Source: an uncultured Colwellia sp. (GTDB lineage: Bacteria > Pseudomonadota > Gammaproteobacteria > Enterobacterales > Alteromonadaceae). From it: a stretch of 64,000 nt of DNA. Shown here piece by piece: positions 46,343-56,564 of this stretch. The notes under the pieces were generated by a model. That model did not search any database. It was given only the letters and a program-made list of their open reading frames with translations, and was not told the origin of the DNA. Each line of letters begins with the position of its first letter. Position 1 is the stretch's first letter. Made by a program: the position numbers and the translations under genes. The stretch lies in the NCBI GenBank assembly GCA_913049915.1, contig CAJWZC010000009.1:386-64385 (forward strand), written 5' to 3'.

Positions 46343-47755
46343 TTATTTCAATACGCCCGACAGATCGGCAACAAAAACGCGCCTTGTTCCGTCAACCACA
46401 CCGTTGATGGCGACACGAGTATAGTTACTGCGATCCCATGCAGGATGCAGATCCACTCGCATTGCTTTAGCCTTGTTGAAGTCTGCATCAAAAAACGTGG
46501 TTACCGCATCCATGCGTACCAGGGTTTGTCTTTGGTGGTTTTCGAGATCAACAAAATGCAAAGGTACGGTGCCATCACCGAATGCATCGGCTTCACGTGG
46601 ATAAACATCGCTGATCATATATCGACCATCAGGATGAATTGCTGGGTGACCATGGTTGGCGGGGACTGTGGTGAATGTTCTCAAATCTTTACCATCGTAT
46701 CGTGCCTGCACATACTTCCAGTTTTCTTCATCTGAATCAAGGTCCACTTTATCGATATCAAGGTTCATCATCACATGCTCACCATCAGGGTGCCAGTTAG
46801 GGTGGTTACCTCCTTTGTCAGCCCACTCAGATGCATCAATGGCAACATGAATATCCTCACCTGTGCGAGTCATGGTGATCAACATCGGCTTGCGTTGTTT
46901 TTCGTTGTAGGGCATGTAACGTAGTACCAGCATGATACGATCGGATTTAGCATTAAATTTAGTATGGAAGCCATAGAAATCACCAGCGCCATAGCGACTT
47001 ACGTCGATTTTAGGCAATGCTTGCTCAACAATGGTTTTATATGAAACCACCATTTTACTTTCACCCGTTGTGGTATTAACAACATAAACACCGTCATCAT
47101 CTACGAATCCCTTGTTGACAGGAACATATTCCTTAGGAACAATCACGCCATAACCTGCTTGGGTTGCGCCGATACGTCGTAAACTGGTACGAACCCCCCA
47201 TTTACCATCGGGTGATATATCGTAAATGGCGCCATCAAGTTTTTGTTTTTCACCAGATAAGTGATTCATTTTTACGGCAAATGGCATCCAAGTCTCTGGA
47301 TTAACGTCATTAAAATATAACTCTTGATCTGTGCTGCCCCACTGCACCTGGGCGCCAAGTTGGGTATCCCAGCCAATGGTTTGTGCAACGATTTTCTGCT
47401 CACCCGTTTCAAGGTCAACAACAACTACCCGTGCAACATCGCCGGGTTGTGGCTCTTTATCTTCACGTTGTAAACAAGTTAACCCCAAATAGCGGCCAGA
47501 AGGGCTAAAGGGTGAGGAAAGGTGAAAGCGATGAATACATCGGTTGATGTCTGGTGTCACATTCCAGATAGGAACACTGGGATTATACTCGGTGTAGCGT
47601 GTAAACACTTTGTCGAGAGGATGGGTCAATTCGACTGTTGCTGTGCTAGTCTCGACCGAAGCACTATCTGTATCGGTATTTGTATCTGAACAGGCACCTA
47701 ACGTCAGGGTTAAAAACACCGCTGACATTGCCTTAACTAAATTACGTTTTTGCAT
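46343..47755 (-). CDS. Lipoprotein beta-propeller, TolB/oligogalacturonate-lyase (PL22)-like
   Basis: Lipobox LGAC; HRFHLSSPFSPSGRYL, QLGAQVQW, HPNWHPDG, HPAIHPDG, RVDLHPAW. Confidence 0.55.
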   Translation of the reverse strand: MQKRNLVKAMSAVFLTLTLGACSDTNTDTDSASVETSTATVELTHPLDKVFTRYTEYNPSVPIWNVTPDINRCIHRFHLSSPFSPSGRYLGLTCLQREDKEPQPGDVARVVVVDLETGEQKIVAQTIGWDTQLGAQVQWGSTDQELYFNDVNPETWMPFAVKMNHLSGEKQKLDGAIYDISPDGKWGVRTSLRRIGATQAGYGVIVPKEYVPVNKGFVDDDGVYVVNTTTGESKMVVSYKTIVEQALPKIDVSRYGAGDFYGFHTKFNAKSDRIMLVLRYMPYNEKQRKPMLITMTRTGEDIHVAIDASEWADKGGNHPNWHPDGEHVMMNLDIDKVDLDSDEENWKYVQARYDGKDLRTFTTVPANHGHPAIHPDGRYMISDVYPREADAFGDGTVPLHFVDLENHQRQTLVRMDAVTTFFDADFNKAKAMRVDLHPAWDRSNYTRVAINGVVDGTRRVFVADLSGVLK

Positions 47756-47812
47756 ATTATCCTTCCACTTTCATTTATTAATTTTTTATTTAGCTGCTAT
47801 TTTTTTTCACTT

Positions 47813-49339
47813 TTACTTCATCCAATTGGGGCCAACATTAGCCGCTACCAGAGGTCGATGTATTTGTGCCTTATCAGCGAATTCAATAGCGCCGACATCA
47901 CGTTTCTCGCCGCGATGTTTGCCGTGCAGATCTATCGCTAGATATGACGACGTCGCCGCATCGATGGCTGGGCTGTTGTTACTTAGCATCAATAAACCGC
48001 TGTTCGATGCCTTAAGCTTGGGATCGACAAATGTCACTTCCACGGACTGAAATGAGGGGTTTTTCCCTGCAAAAGCGATATTTCCGACAAAGGTATTCTC
48101 GTCGAAATTAAATAGTTCTAAAGGCGCGGCTTTATCTTGAATTGCCATTTCAATCGCCTCATTACCAAATTGATAAATAAGATTATTGGCTATGACGTTT
48201 TTCTCAGGCAACAGTACCTGTTGAAGACCTGGCCAACCAGCTTTATAGCCATGCGCAAGATTAATCGCGCTCTCTCCGACGTCAATAAGAGTATTGTGAG
48301 CGATGTAGCTATGGGTAACCTGTAAATATTTCGCCAATACTTTTTTCTTAGGCGTCCACTTATCAGTCAAGGGCGCTGCAAAATATTCGCCCGAAATCAA
48401 ACGTATGCCATCTTGTTCAACATGGCTGATGTAATTATTGATCACCCGATGATGAGAACCCGCAAGACGTATACCTGTTGTACCATTTAGCCCCTCTCCT
48501 AGGATGAAATTTCCTTCGAAGGTATTGAATTTACCTCTTCTTCCAACTAGTCCGCCTCGGGTGCCACGCACGGTATTGAAACGTACAATATTATAATTAG
48601 ACTTCAATGAAACGATTTCAGCACCTTCACCATGAGCCCTTTCAAACAAGTTGTATTCGATGGTGAAATACGCGCCATCATCACCGGTTTCATCGGCATG
48701 ACCATAACCCCAGATCCTGAATATTTCCCTACCGTTGCCATTGGGCTCTTCAGGCACATAAGGCATGTCCTTAAAATGACTGCGACTAACGATATTGTAG
48801 CGAGCGTTCAAATCTGCATTACCTATTAATGGTCCCTTATTAGTTTTCCCTTCGAAATAACTATTAAGCACTTTATTCGCATTGCCGTTAAACATGACCC
48901 AATAGTATTGGGTTTCAAACTTTTCAGGGTTGTAATTGATGATAGCCGTTTGATTCAAAGTGCAGTGATCCGAATTGAAGGTGATCACCGACCCCTCTTC
49001 AATGGCACCCCCTTCAAATAATAAACCCTCGACGTTCAAATAAGGTTTCGAAAAAATCAAGCTAGAGCTTCCGGTAAGCTTCACTTTTCCAGACGTCTCG
49101 GCGCGTAAGGTAATAGGTGCCAAGGCAGTGGCAGCAGCATTGAAATCGATTACCGCATCTCGCCAAACGCCATCTTTCATCACAATCGTATCGCCCGGCT
49201 CAGCCGAAGCAAACGATGCAGTTAACTGCGACAGATTCGAGACCTTTAATTCCTCCGCGCTAAGGGTCGCGGTCAAGGCTAGTCCTACACATAGAAGCAA
49301 ACCTACTCGACCAAAGTTACCAAGTTTAATTGCCTTCAT
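47813..49339 (-). CDS. Single-domain PL6/chondroitinase-B-like lyase
   Basis: Signal peptide; GDTIVMKDG, EIFRIWG, EIVSLKSN...GGLVGRRG, TGIRL. Confidence 0.82.
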   Translation of the reverse strand: MKAIKLGNFGRVGLLLCVGLALTATLSAEELKVSNLSQLTASFASAEPGDTIVMKDGVWRDAVIDFNAAATALAPITLRAETSGKVKLTGSSSLIFSKPYLNVEGLLFEGGAIEEGSVITFNSDHCTLNQTAIINYNPEKFETQYYWVMFNGNANKVLNSYFEGKTNKGPLIGNADLNARYNIVSRSHFKDMPYVPEEPNGNGREIFRIWGYGHADETGDDGAYFTIEYNLFERAHGEGAEIVSLKSNYNIVRFNTVRGTRGGLVGRRGKFNTFEGNFILGEGLNGTTGIRLAGSHHRVINNYISHVEQDGIRLISGEYFAAPLTDKWTPKKKVLAKYLQVTHSYIAHNTLIDVGESAINLAHGYKAGWPGLQQVLLPEKNVIANNLIYQFGNEAIEMAIQDKAAPLELFNFDENTFVGNIAFAGKNPSFQSVEVTFVDPKLKASNSGLLMLSNNSPAIDAATSSYLAIDLHGKHRGEKRDVGAIEFADKAQIHRPLVAANVGPNWMK

Positions 49340-49418
49340 GTTAGATGATTTAATAATATTTATTTTCTCTCATGTTGTTGCGTCTGATGATTCCAGCACT
49401 AAAAAACGACCTTAATTT

Positions 49419-49441
49419 AATTAGGGTCAGAACAAAGTTAT
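49419..49441 (+). repeat. REP-like unit
   Basis: AATTAGGGTCAGAACAAAGTTAT. Confidence 0.78.
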
Positions 49442-49495
49442 TTTAAAAATAAGCGAGATATCCCATGTGTGGTTAGTCTCCCAAATTCTCGTCTG

Positions 49496-50908
49496 TTAAA
49501 GCTCAGCAGCGTAACCCTTCTTTAAAGCAGATAATTCAACATCTTTTTGAGCGATCATCCAGTTGCTTAGTAAGCCATAAAGGCGTTTTATTTCAGCCTG
49601 ATTTTCAGGCTTATCTGCGACATTGTTTTTTTCAAATGGATCGCTCTCAATGTTATAAAGCTCGATGTAAGGACGATGATAAATCCGCTCCAGTGCTACC
49701 TTCGCACTGGCATCGACTTTGGCGAGTTCATGCCACTCAGCCAATACATGATGAGGATGAATTCCTTCACGCTCATCTTTGTTAGTCAGTGCTTCGATCA
49801 AATATTTATTTTGATGAGCTAAGTTAACAATGAGTTTAAATTTCTTGGTACGCACAGCTCGCATGGGGTAGCGATTAGCCCCTTTAACACCTAAGTTGGT
49901 ATAGGTGGCAAAAATATGCTCGTTAAGCTCAGTTTCTTGACCTGTTGCTTTCTGCTCGACTAATAAGGGTAGAAAGCTTTGACCGTCCAAACTAGGATGC
50001 GGTGATCCGCCTGCCACTTCAACAAGCGTTGGGAGAAAATCCACTAAGGAGATAAGGCCGTCATTAACCGTGCCCGCTTTAACTTTACCAGGCCATTTAA
50101 CAATCATCGGCACCTTCAAACCTTCATCATATAGCGACCATTTTGAATTGGGGAAACCATAACCATGATCGCTGACATAAATTTGTAGCATATCGTGCAA
50201 AAGACCATATTTTTGCAACCAGAACTGATGGCTGCCAATCTCATGGTCTAAGTTGGTTATTAAGTCATAATATGCGGCGGTCATTCGCTTGGCCATTGGC
50301 ACATTCGGCAAGCTGGGTTTAAGGGTGACTTTATCCGGTGAGTAGCCTTTTTTAATCGGTACAAACGGGCTATGGGGCATATTGTAAGCAATGATCAAAG
50401 CAAAGGGTTTGTCTCCAACAATTTTAAGATAGTTGGGGATTTCATGCCTTTTAATATACTTAAAGGGAAAGGCTATTTCTGGCTTAACATGTACTTTCCC
50501 AGCGAGTACTACTTCATAGCCAAGAGCTGAGAGATAATGCGGCATACTTTTAACATCTGCACGTGCTTGACTATGGTTTTTATGCATGCCATTTTTTTGC
50601 GGATAAAGTCCGGTATACATGGAGGTCCGAGAAGGCGCACAAACTGAAACCGAGGAAAACACATTGGTAAACCTCATGCCCTCTAAGGCTAATTGATCCA
50701 TGACGGGGGTATTGACCTCTTTGTTACCATACGCCCCCATATCACTGGCACTATGGTCATCGGAATAGAAGACGACAATATTAGGTAATGTGTTAGCTAA
50801 ACTATTATCCGCACCGCTGTCATCTGCGTAAACTGACGACATAGTCATGCCTGACAAGGTTATAACCGTGAACAGTGTCTTGAACAATAATTGGCGCGTA
50901 ATTTTCAT
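49496..50908 (-). CDS. S1 sulfatase (N-sulfoglucosamine sulfohydrolase-like)
   Basis: YSDDH, CAPSRTSMYTGLYP, GKVH, PHSPF, SDHG, KWSLY. Confidence 0.88.
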   Translation of the reverse strand: MKITRQLLFKTLFTVITLSGMTMSSVYADDSGADNSLANTLPNIVVFYSDDHSASDMGAYGNKEVNTPVMDQLALEGMRFTNVFSSVSVCAPSRTSMYTGLYPQKNGMHKNHSQARADVKSMPHYLSALGYEVVLAGKVHVKPEIAFPFKYIKRHEIPNYLKIVGDKPFALIIAYNMPHSPFVPIKKGYSPDKVTLKPSLPNVPMAKRMTAAYYDLITNLDHEIGSHQFWLQKYGLLHDMLQIYVSDHGYGFPNSKWSLYDEGLKVPMIVKWPGKVKAGTVNDGLISLVDFLPTLVEVAGGSPHPSLDGQSFLPLLVEQKATGQETELNEHIFATYTNLGVKGANRYPMRAVRTKKFKLIVNLAHQNKYLIEALTNKDEREGIHPHHVLAEWHELAKVDASAKVALERIYHRPYIELYNIESDPFEKNNVADKPENQAEIKRLYGLLSNWMIAQKDVELSALKKGYAAEL

Positions 50909-50947
50909 CTTATAACTTTCTCTTTATTATTTTCTTTTAGTCAATTA

Positions 50948-50976
50948 TTAGGTTACATGTTCCAGATGTAACCTAA
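50948..50976. terminator. 11-bp perfect hairpin between GH2 fusion and sulfatase (terminator or RNA-processing stem)
   Basis: TTAGGTTACAT-GTTCCAG-ATGTAACCTAA. Confidence 0.55.
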
Positions 50977-51020
50977 GTTCGTATATATCTATACGCAAAG
51001 TCCAACCTACAACAATTGAT

Positions 51021-54000
51021 TTATTGAGCTGCCAAATAACCAAGCGAGACTAAAAATTCATCCATTGCTGCTACGGTCTTTTGATAATGCTCTGGATGGG
51101 AGTAATTAAAGAAGCCATGCTTTTGCCCTTCATAGATATGCAAGTCACTACGCACACCTTTTGCTTCCATCAACGTTTTATATTTTTCAGCGGTTGCAAC
51201 AGGAATAAGCCTATCGTTGCTGCCCAACATAACGAGGGTCGGTGGTGTCTGTTCACTTAAGTTATGCATCGGTGAAATTTCTTGCCAATACGCTTTTACT
51301 TTCTTATAACCATAGCCCTTTTCACTATTATCATAAACAGGATTAAACAGCACCAGTGCTTCGGGACGTGCTGATATTGACAGGTTATCACTGGATTCAT
51401 TAAACCCTTGCAGTGTGCCAGTAGCGGCTGCCAAATGACCGCCAGCAGAGCCGCCGCCAGCAAGTATTTTCTCAGGGTCTATACCAAATTCACTCGCGTG
51501 TTCCCGAACCCAGCGCATAGCCGACTTTGCGTCCATCACACTTTCACGGGGTGTAGAGTTATTACGTTTGTTCACTCGGTACTCTGCTGATATTCCTACA
51601 ATGCCGCGACTAGCAAGATATTGTGCCTGAGAAAAGAGTTTACTGGCTTCACCGCCACTCCAACCGCCGCCATGAAAAAAGACCATGGCGGGTCGTTTAT
51701 CTGAAACCTTCAAGCCCTTTGGATTATATATATGGAGCTTTAGGCTGACATCGCCAATGGTTTTATAAACTACCGCAGCATCTGGCACCTTATCTAACTT
51801 AAATTGAGTCCCTTTGTTCGTTTGAGAACGGATCTCAATTATTGCGCCTTCAACATCATCATTCGGTTTAAACAAAATCTTGGCGACACCGTTAGCCAAA
51901 GTTAAAATGGCACTTTTGTTGGGCGTACCATAGGCGGTAAGAAGTTCACCACCGACGCCTTCATTGGTGTGGCTGAAATAAACCCGATCTTTGGCTTGAA
52001 GAACTCTAACGCCTTCAGCATCCACTGCTATTGCTGAAATCTCAATCAAGCCGTCAACACGTTTTTTTGCAGTCAGATCAAATTCATATAATTTGCCCGA
52101 TTTTTTGTTGGTAAAATTAAGGTTCAATGCGTCCTGTGTAGTGATTTTATCGGCTGAAAAACCGGTCACAGCAAGACTGTTATGGCCTTCTTTAAAATCA
52201 ACATCCCAATACAGACCTGACGCAGGAAAATTTTCAATATTACGTTGTTTGCGACCGAGCGATTTACCATTAAGACTAAGCTCTGCACTATCAACGTTAC
52301 AATAAACTCGGATACGACTTTGTGTCCCTTCCGGTGTATATCGCTCTGTCCAGTCATGACCATAGATGCGACAGAAAGGCTCCGTAGTCCAGTAGCTTTT
52401 AAATACCCAATAGGCTTCTTTAGGCTTTCCGTCTCGAGTCACTAATCCTTTTTGATTAATATAAGGCAGGTGATTTTCCGGACGTATTGGTGTGGCAAAA
52501 TCTTTGAACGCCCATTGCGCGTTACCGACAAAATCTGGCTGCGTTTCCGATACTTTTAAATGCCAATCAAACAAATCAACGATATAACTTTCGTCCCAGT
52601 CGCTGCCTTTAGCCACTGACTTTACGCCAGATTGATTGACCATTTCTTCAACACTAAGCTGACCACCTTCTAAACCATTGGGACCAAATGGCGTTGCAGT
52701 GTGTCTACCGACATGGCTCGAACCACCATATTCTGCATGTAAAAAACGAGGGTACTTCTTTTGAGCTCGGTCAAGGGCCGCACCGTATTGACCAAAACCG
52801 CCACCATACCAACCCGCCCAAATAGAGGGTGAGTAAACGTCAACTAGGTCTGGGCCCACTTCAAACTTGCGTGTCGCAGTGGCACGTGATGGATCTAGTA
52901 GGTGCGATAAATCGTTCATTTCACCCATAAAATCACGCAGTACATCCGGCTCACCACCGCCTTCAATATCAGGCATCCAGTAAACTTCATTACCAAGCGA
53001 CCAAATGATAACACTGGGATGATTGCGGTTTTGCGCAATCATTTCTCTCAGATGATTTTTGGTATTTTCACGCCATACTGTGCCACCTACGCCACCTCGA
53101 TTCCATGGCACCTCGTCCCACAGTAGGATGCCTAATTCGTTGGCAGCATCATAAACAGACGGGTCATGCGAATAGTGACCAAGGCGAAGGAAGTTTGCGC
53201 CAACATCTTTTATCTGGCGCATATCTACCCAATGTTGTTCATTGGTCAAGGCGCTGCCAACCCCTGCTTCACCTTCATGTAAGTGGGTACCGCGAAGTAA
53301 TAAGCGCTCACCGTTTAAATAAAATGCACCATGTGCTTTAAATTCAAACCAACGGTAACCAAATCGTTCACTGTGTGAGGCGATATCGAGGCCGGTGGCA
53401 TCGGTCAATGTAGCTTCGGCTGTATATAAATTGGGGCTATCAACATGCCATAAACTTGGATTTTTCAAAACAGGCAGATCAAAGTTCAAGCTATTTGAGC
53501 CCGGCGCTACTTCAATATTTTTATTCGAGGTAAGCACCACGTTATCGGCATTATCACGTATGGTAACACTGAGGTTCATAGTCTGGGCTCCTTGGTGATT
53601 AACCAGTAACACAGAGGCTTTTGTTTCGGCATTTTCTGCACTGACAACAGGTGTTTCGATAAATATTCGCTCAACATGGACAGCTTCACGTACTTTTAAA
53701 GAAACGTCTCGCGTTAAACCACCATAAATAACAAAGTCTGCTTTTTGTGATGGTATTAAGTCGAGATCAACTGTGTTATCAACGCGAACAAAAACGGTAT
53801 TTTTCGCACCTTTGTTAAGATAATCAGTGATGTCTACATCGAAGCCTAAATAGCCGCCGATATGACCACCTGCCCGTTGATCATTGACATATACATCGGC
53901 TACAAGTTGTGCAGCTTCAAATGAAAGAATATAACGCAGACCTTTATCGTCAGTTGCAATATCAAATGATTTTTGATACCAACTTGCTGCCCGTCTATAA

Positions 54001-54296
54001 CCGGGTTTCGAATCGGTAGGATCAAAAGCATTCCAAGTATGTGGTAGATCAATCGATTGCCATTCGCTCTTACTCTGAGCGAGTTTAATATCTTTGCTGC
54101 TGTACTCAAGGTATTCCCAGTCCGCAGAAATGAGCAAGTTTTGGACATCAGGTTTAACGCTCAAAGCTCGAGTCGTTTCAGGGTTTACCGAAGCCGTTTG
54201 TTCAAAACAGCCAACGAGCAGAAACGCCGTAGATAACGCCGCAACTAACCCCATAATATTTCGGGTCAAGGGATTGAAAATCGATCTTATTGACAT
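51021..54296 (-). CDS. Lipoprotein GH2 glycosidase fused to C-terminal alpha/beta-hydrolase esterase
   Basis: Lipobox LVGC; GH2 HIGGY, RLGHY, WSLGNE (acid/base), AEYG (nucleophile); C-terminal FHGGGW, GGSAGGHLA, GSND, KHGFFN. Confidence 0.85.
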   Translation of the reverse strand: MSIRSIFNPLTRNIMGLVAALSTAFLLVGCFEQTASVNPETTRALSVKPDVQNLLISADWEYLEYSSKDIKLAQSKSEWQSIDLPHTWNAFDPTDSKPGYRRAASWYQKSFDIATDDKGLRYILSFEAAQLVADVYVNDQRAGGHIGGYLGFDVDITDYLNKGAKNTVFVRVDNTVDLDLIPSQKADFVIYGGLTRDVSLKVREAVHVERIFIETPVVSAENAETKASVLLVNHQGAQTMNLSVTIRDNADNVVLTSNKNIEVAPGSNSLNFDLPVLKNPSLWHVDSPNLYTAEATLTDATGLDIASHSERFGYRWFEFKAHGAFYLNGERLLLRGTHLHEGEAGVGSALTNEQHWVDMRQIKDVGANFLRLGHYSHDPSVYDAANELGILLWDEVPWNRGGVGGTVWRENTKNHLREMIAQNRNHPSVIIWSLGNEVYWMPDIEGGGEPDVLRDFMGEMNDLSHLLDPSRATATRKFEVGPDLVDVYSPSIWAGWYGGGFGQYGAALDRAQKKYPRFLHAEYGGSSHVGRHTATPFGPNGLEGGQLSVEEMVNQSGVKSVAKGSDWDESYIVDLFDWHLKVSETQPDFVGNAQWAFKDFATPIRPENHLPYINQKGLVTRDGKPKEAYWVFKSYWTTEPFCRIYGHDWTERYTPEGTQSRIRVYCNVDSAELSLNGKSLGRKQRNIENFPASGLYWDVDFKEGHNSLAVTGFSADKITTQDALNLNFTNKKSGKLYEFDLTAKKRVDGLIEISAIAVDAEGVRVLQAKDRVYFSHTNEGVGGELLTAYGTPNKSAILTLANGVAKILFKPNDDVEGAIIEIRSQTNKGTQFKLDKVPDAAVVYKTIGDVSLKLHIYNPKGLKVSDKRPAMVFFHGGGWSGGEASKLFSQAQYLASRGIVGISAEYRVNKRNNSTPRESVMDAKSAMRWVREHASEFGIDPEKILAGGGSAGGHLAAATGTLQGFNESSDNLSISARPEALVLFNPVYDNSEKGYGYKKVKAYWQEISPMHNLSEQTPPTLVMLGSNDRLIPVATAEKYKTLMEAKGVRSDLHIYEGQKHGFFNYSHPEHYQKTVAAMDEFLVSLGYLAAQ

Positions 54297-54380
54297 AATT
54301 AGTATGATCCTTATTACAAATACTTAAAATAGTTTTATTATTTTTTAAAATTTTTTCTAACAATTAATAGTCGCTATCAT

Positions 54381-55982
54381 TTAGAAGGGTTCTTCTAAAT
54401 GGACAATGCCTGACTCAACCGTTTTCCACCAAGCATCATATTGCGCAATTAGCTCGGCGAGTTTTTCAGGATGGCTTGATGCCAGATTATTGGTCTCGGT
54501 TCGATCTTTACTCAGGTCATATAACTCCCACTGACCGGTAGCAAAGCTCCAAAGTTGATCGTTATTTTGTTTTTTCTTAGATTCATGCACCACCAATTTC
54601 CAGTTGCCGTCAACCACTGATTTACCACTGGCCCACTGATTAAAAACAGGAATTTCGCGTTGCACCGTGCCATTTTTAAAGGCTGACAATAGGCTCATGC
54701 CATCAAGCGTACCCACTTTTTCGCCCTGAAATACTTTCGGATAACTTGCGCCTGTGATATCGATAAAGGTCGCCAGAATATCAACAAGATGTGATGATGT
54801 TTGATTAACCGGCCCACCTGATTTGACTACACCGGGCCAATTGACGATGAATGGGGTAGCAACACCACCTTCAAAACTATCAGTTTTATAGGCTTTAAAT
54901 GGCACATTCGAAACATTAGCCCAATGGCCACCAATGGAAGACCAACGGTCAATAGCGCCAATCTCGCCGTCGCCTATATCGAGCGCTTGAGCCGAAGCAC
55001 CATTGTCGGATAAAAAGATGATTAGGGTATTATCAACTTCACCAGTATCTTTGAGATGAGCCAATACACGACCAACATTCTGGTCGAGATTATCAATCAT
55101 CGCACCATAGACTTGCATCACACGAATTTGATCTTTTCTTTCTTTATCACCCAGATCATTCCATGATTGAAACATTGCCTTTGAACGTTTATGAGTGTCC
55201 TTGCTGATGATACCTAGCTCAAGTTGGCGCTCATAGCGCGCTTTGGCGATGGCTTCATAACCAACATCATAAACGCCTTCGTATTTGGCAATGTCTTTTG
55301 GCCATGCCTGAATAGGATCATGTGGTGCTGTGTAAGACAAATACATAAAAAATGGTTGTTCATCATCTGACTTTTCGTGACGTTCAAGTAATTCTATGGT
55401 CCAATCGGTAAAAGTATCGGTGCTATAATAGGTTTTCTTTGGCGGTGTGAAAGGTTGTACACATTTGGTATCAAAGCAAAAATGCCGAATATTTTGTCTT
55501 TTGTGGGCAGGAAAAGCTTCACCATCACGCTGATAACCGGGGTTAAAATGATTTGCCGCTCCGTCGCGCATCCCCCAATAATGGTCAAAACCCATGTCGT
55601 ATGGGTTATCGGATGAATGGTGCTTGCCGACCATTAGCGTTTTATAACCAACACTTTGCAGTAGCTCACCAAAAGTGACACTGTTTTGATAACTACCACG
55701 ACTGGCACCCATGCCGACCTTTTGTGGAAATTGTCCTGTCATTAAGGAAGCGCGAGTAGTATTACATTTTGAGGTATTGCGAAACTGATTAAAGCGCATG
55801 CCTTCTTTTGCGAGATTATCAAGGTTAGGGGTTTTCACCTCGCTACCATAAGTACCGATATCGGAAAAACCCATATCGTCAACCATGATGAGCAAGATAT
55901 TAGGATTTTTGGCTTGATCGGCAACAGCAGATAATGATGCCATAATCAACCCGATTGATAAAATTAGTGTTTTCAAGGGCAT
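54381..55982 (-). CDS. S1 arylsulfatase (AtsA-like)
   Basis: MVDDMGFSD, variant motif CNTTRASL, GKHH, YTAPHDP, SDNGA, EGG..TPFIVNWP. Confidence 0.88.
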   Translation of the reverse strand: MPLKTLILSIGLIMASLSAVADQAKNPNILLIMVDDMGFSDIGTYGSEVKTPNLDNLAKEGMRFNQFRNTSKCNTTRASLMTGQFPQKVGMGASRGSYQNSVTFGELLQSVGYKTLMVGKHHSSDNPYDMGFDHYWGMRDGAANHFNPGYQRDGEAFPAHKRQNIRHFCFDTKCVQPFTPPKKTYYSTDTFTDWTIELLERHEKSDDEQPFFMYLSYTAPHDPIQAWPKDIAKYEGVYDVGYEAIAKARYERQLELGIISKDTHKRSKAMFQSWNDLGDKERKDQIRVMQVYGAMIDNLDQNVGRVLAHLKDTGEVDNTLIIFLSDNGASAQALDIGDGEIGAIDRWSSIGGHWANVSNVPFKAYKTDSFEGGVATPFIVNWPGVVKSGGPVNQTSSHLVDILATFIDITGASYPKVFQGEKVGTLDGMSLLSAFKNGTVQREIPVFNQWASGKSVVDGNWKLVVHESKKKQNNDQLWSFATGQWELYDLSKDRTETNNLASSHPEKLAELIAQYDAWWKTVESGIVHLEEPF

Positions 55983-56142
55983 TATTTTTTCCTCATTAAT
56001 ACCATATCGCAGTCACGATCAAATGAATAAGCAGACTGAGTGTTTGATCTGCCTTTAATGCAAAATTTTTATAGTTTAGTTGATAACTTACTTCTGGCGA
56101 ATTAGGCCTAAACGACATTAAACTATACCATTTTACTTTTCA

Positions 56143-56205
56143 TGGTATAGCCACCTCATTAATTGGCCTGTCCAATATTACTCGTAACATATCATATATG
56201 TCAAG
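56143..56205 (-). promoter_or_regulatory. Promoter/operator module copy D (operator 56161-56176; TTGACA-N18-TAATAT)
   Basis: AATTGGCCTGTCCAAT 24 nt from GTCAA (56200); TGGTATAGCCA at 56143. Confidence 0.8.
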
Positions 56206-56419
56206 ATAACTTTAGTTCCTTAACAGCAGTAATTGCTGATTGAACAAAATAAATCATAATAATATCTTTATTTAGATATATATTAACGACTTAGCTTAAA
56301 AATTTAAAAGTTATCAATTAAAAGCCACCAAGGAAATAAATTGGTCAAATAGGTGTTAATAAAAGGTCTAAATATAAGCAACGATTTTTCGTTAATCCGC
56401 TTTTGGTTACGCAAATAAA

Positions 56420-56453
56420 AAACTCCCCTACATATTACTATGCAGGGGAGTTT
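56420..56453 (-). terminator. Rho-independent terminator for the PL6-CBM gene
   Basis: AAACTCCCCT...AGGGGAGTTT stem with an A-run (T-run on minus strand). Confidence 0.8.
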
Positions 56454-56564
56454 CTTTATTAAATGAATAGTTTGCCCTCGGCACTGTCTCTATTGAGCGT
56501 GTTTTAGGCAGCCTATTTTTTATTGCCACGATGTGGCACTTTATAAATATGCGCAGCAGATTTA

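Noticed and set aside
6616-49441. REP-like palindromes as CRISPR repeats or integron attC sites
   Set aside because: No regular repeat-spacer periodicity, no cas or integrase gene, and no consistent attC core-site arrangement; the copies are kilobases apart.
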